DNA from: an uncultured Flavobacteriales bacterium | Lineage (GTDB): Bacteria > Bacteroidota > Bacteroidia > Flavobacteriales_G > Salibacteraceae | DNA: 64,000 bases | Direction: 5' to 3' | Assembly: GCA_963925495.1 (NCBI GenBank) | Contig: CAWUST010000006.1 | Coordinates: 78,247 to 142,246 of the forward strand | In this document: positions 61,914 through 64,000 of the stretch, piece after piece | Position numbering within the stretch: position 1 is the stretch's first letter | Layout of the letters: the number at the start of each line of letters is the position of its first letter | Position numbers and translations under genes: made by a program | Notes under the pieces: generated by a model | Seen by the model: only the letters and a program-made list of their open reading frames with translations | The model's database searches: none | Told to the model about the DNA's origin: nothing

Positions 61914-62927
61914 TTAAGCTCGAAAAACTAAGCTCACTTCTTCAGCAGCAAGAAATGGACTGAGTTCTCCATTTAAAATTTGCTTTTCCTTTAATTCAAT
62001 CAATTCTTTTATGTGTGGTTTGTTTAAAATTATTTCCTGAAGATGTTGCGAAATACTTTGATGAAACCAATTTTTATTCTGGCTGTTTCTGTTTTGCATT
62101 AGATAGCCATTTTTCAACATTTGTATCTGATACTCGAGACAGTTTTCCCAAATTTGTTTAATTCCTATGTTTTCTAAAGAAGAACAAGTTAATGTTTTTA
62201 CATGCCAATTAGAGGCGTTAGGAGGGAGGTAATGCAGTGCGGATTGGAGTAGTTTTTGGGCAGATTTTGCTTTTATAGTATTATTTCCGTCAGCTTTATT
62301 AATGACAACTAAATCAGCCATTTCCATTATCCCTCTTTTTATGCCCTGTAATTCATCTCCGGCGCCGGTAAGCATTAATAAAAGAAAAAAGTCAACCATA
62401 GAATGAACTTCTGTTTCAGATTGACCAACACCAACTGTTTCAATTAAAATGATATCAAAGCCCGCAGCTTCACATAATAAGATACTTTCTCTTGTACTTC
62501 TTGCAACACCACCCAAAGTTTTGCCAGAAGGAGAAGGACGGATAAATACATTTGGGGTTTTTCCCAATTCTTCCATTCTTGTTTTGTCCCCTAATATACT
62601 ACCCCCCGTTTGTTGACTGCTGGGATCTATGGCTAAAATTGCTAGTTTTTTATTTTCTTTTATCATTACTTCACCGAAAGATTCGATAAACGTGCTTTTG
62701 CCAACTCCGGGAACACCAGTAATGCCAATGCGCAATGATTTGCTCGTTGTAGAATTACAATAAGAAATAAGCTCGTTTGAAATTTTAGTATGGTTAGGGT
62801 TGTTACTTTCAACTAAAGTAATTGCCCGCGATAATGCAGAAATATTCCCTTGAGTTAATTGTGTGAATAGCTCAGAGGGATTGAGGTTTAGTTTTTTATT
62901 AAAAAGAAATTTATTATTTGTTGCCAC
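61914..62927 (-). CDS. meaB: MeaB/ArgK-family G3E GTPase (GTG start)
   Basis: RAITLVES, P-loop GVPGVGKST, ILIETVGVGQSE, NKAD. Confidence 0.88.
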   Translation of the reverse strand: MATNNKFLFNKKLNLNPSELFTQLTQGNISALSRAITLVESNNPNHTKISNELISYCNSTTSKSLRIGITGVPGVGKSTFIESFGEVMIKENKKLAILAIDPSSQQTGGSILGDKTRMEELGKTPNVFIRPSPSGKTLGGVARSTRESILLCEAAGFDIILIETVGVGQSETEVHSMVDFFLLLMLTGAGDELQGIKRGIMEMADLVVINKADGNNTIKAKSAQKLLQSALHYLPPNASNWHVKTLTCSSLENIGIKQIWENCLEYQIQMLKNGYLMQNRNSQNKNWFHQSISQHLQEIILNKPHIKELIELKEKQILNGELSPFLAAEEVSLVFRA

Positions 62928-62944
62928 AAATCAAAAATAGGGGA

Positions 62945-63298
62945 TTATCGTCGTTTCTGGTCAAATGAAATTAGGGGTGTTTCGCAAGTTCCTTTTACAA
63001 CATCGTTTATAAGTCCAGAATATGAATTTCCTACAAAAGCTTGATTGCTGACAATCTTTTCTTTTGTAAACTCAATATCCCGAAGTTTTCCCAAATCTTG
63101 TAGGTCAATAGCCAAACTACCGGCATTAAACCCTACCCATACTGTAAATAGACTATCTCCTGTTTTATTATTTCCAATATATTCAACAGAATCTACCCTT
63201 GCATAGAATTTATTCTCTTCCCACTCGCATGGTTCGTTGTTATTGGAATTACAACTATAAAAAAGAGACAAAAAGATGATTGGAGTAAGGAATTTCAT
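62945..63298 (-). CDS. Small lipoprotein, unknown function
   Basis: MKFLTPIIFLSLFYSC lipobox; 117 aa. Confidence 0.5.
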   Translation of the reverse strand: MKFLTPIIFLSLFYSCNSNNNEPCEWEENKFYARVDSVEYIGNNKTGDSLFTVWVGFNAGSLAIDLQDLGKLRDIEFTKEKIVSNQAFVGNSYSGLINDVVKGTCETPLISFDQKRR

Positions 63299-63410
63299 TT
63301 CAGGTAATATAAATCAACAATAATTGCATAATTAATCAAACAAACTGAATTGGCTAATAAAAAATGGTAAATGTGTGAGATAGTTTACTAAGTAGCTTGA
63401 AAACAAAATT

Positions 63411-63418
63411 TACATTTG
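63411..63418 (+). promoter_or_regulatory. Candidate -7 box (TACATTTG) for trxB
   Basis: Exact TAnnTTTG match 27 nt upstream of the trxB ATG. Same octamer as upstream of rpsL. Confidence 0.3.
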
Positions 63419-63444
63419 TCAAAAGTTTCGATAAAATTTAAGAG

Positions 63445-64000
63445 ATGGATATAAAAGAACACCATAAATGTGTAATAATAGGATCGGGCCCTGCAGGTTA
63501 TACTGCGGCTATTTACGCAGCAAGAGCTGATATGAAGCCTATAATGATAACGGGAATGCAGCCAGGCGGTCAATTAATGGATACTACTGAAGTTGATAAT
63601 TTCCCGGGGTATCCGAATGGGATAACAGGTCCAAAAATGATGGAAGACCTTCAGAATCAGGCAGAACGTTTTGAGACTGATGTTCGCACAGGTTGGGTTA
63701 CAGAGGTTGACTTTTCTGGACCGATTCATAAAATACAAGTTGGCGGAGCTGAATGGATTTCTGCAGATTCTGTAATAATTTCTACAGGAGCAACTGCAAA
63801 ATGGTTGGGCTTGGAAAGTGAATTGCGTTTGAGAGACATTGGAGGTGGGGTTTCTGCTTGTGCAGTTTGTGATGGATTCTTTTACCGTGGAAAAGATGTT
63901 GTAATTGTTGGTGCAGGCGATACTGCAGCGGAAGAAGCCACCTATTTGGCCAAGCTTTGTAACAAAGTTTATATGATTGTCAGAAAAGATCATTTTCGTG
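63445..64000 (+). CDS. trxB: Thioredoxin-disulfide reductase, 5' part (runs off the window end)
   Basis: Not in the ORF track because there is no stop in the window. Translates to MDIKEHHKCVIIGSGPAGYTAAIYAARA...GGGVSACAVCDGFFYRGKDVVIVGAGDTAAEEA. This contains the FAD motif, the CxxC redox site and the NADPH motif. Confidence 0.93.
   Translation, partial: MDIKEHHKCVIIGSGPAGYTAAIYAARADMKPIMITGMQPGGQLMDTTEVDNFPGYPNGITGPKMMEDLQNQAERFETDVRTGWVTEVDFSGPIHKIQVGGAEWISADSVIISTGATAKWLGLESELRLRDIGGGVSACAVCDGFFYRGKDVVIVGAGDTAAEEATYLAKLCNKVYMIVRKDHFR

Noticed and set aside
63388-63993. Two minus-strand ORFs (61 and 139 aa) from the track
   Set aside because: They are antisense to an unmistakable trxB reading frame on the plus strand (GSGPAGYTAA..., CAVCDG). 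Their Cys/Ser/Arg-rich translations look like antisense noise.

Overview
AT-rich chromosomal window from a Bacteroidota, probably Flavobacteriia-like. Evidence for the lineage: a T9SS C-terminal sorting domain, TAnnTTTG-type -7 boxes, rpoA-rplQ-carA-eno gene order, and fusA followed directly by rpsJ. Most of the window is housekeeping. 0-17 kb, all on the minus strand: a T9SS-secreted beta-helix protein, a VCBS/FG-GAP lipoprotein, a DNA-binding-domain-less sigma54 response regulator with an ABC-2 transporter, grpE-dnaJ, a TlpA-like thioredoxin, DUF4290-murA, and a UvrD/PcrA-family helicase. 26.2-43.9 kb: an uninterrupted str-S10-spc-alpha ribosomal superoperon from rpsL to rplQ. It includes rpmJ, which the ORF track missed. 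44-48 kb: carA, eno, gltA. 48-49 kb: a decayed LRR pseudogene. 49.6-64 kb: a DEAD-box helicase, a marR-fadN-fadA-fadE beta-oxidation operon interrupted by a four-helix-bundle gene, a PorT-like gene plus ubiE, a heptose kinase, an aminotransferase, meaB, and a truncated trxB that the track also missed. The stand-out is 17.3-25.8 kb, a self-contained double-glycine peptide export locus. It holds a 71-aa precursor, a terminator, then TolC-like, HlyD-like, C39-peptidase ABC and a second peptidase-less ABC gene. It sits between the helicase and rpsL and has no modification, immunity or regulator gene. Its only candidate cargo is a Cys-free, extremely acidic, His/Asp-rich 55-aa peptide. That composition suggests a secreted metal-binding peptide rather than a classical bacteriocin or RiPP. 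No rRNA, tRNA, CRISPR, transposase or integrase was seen.
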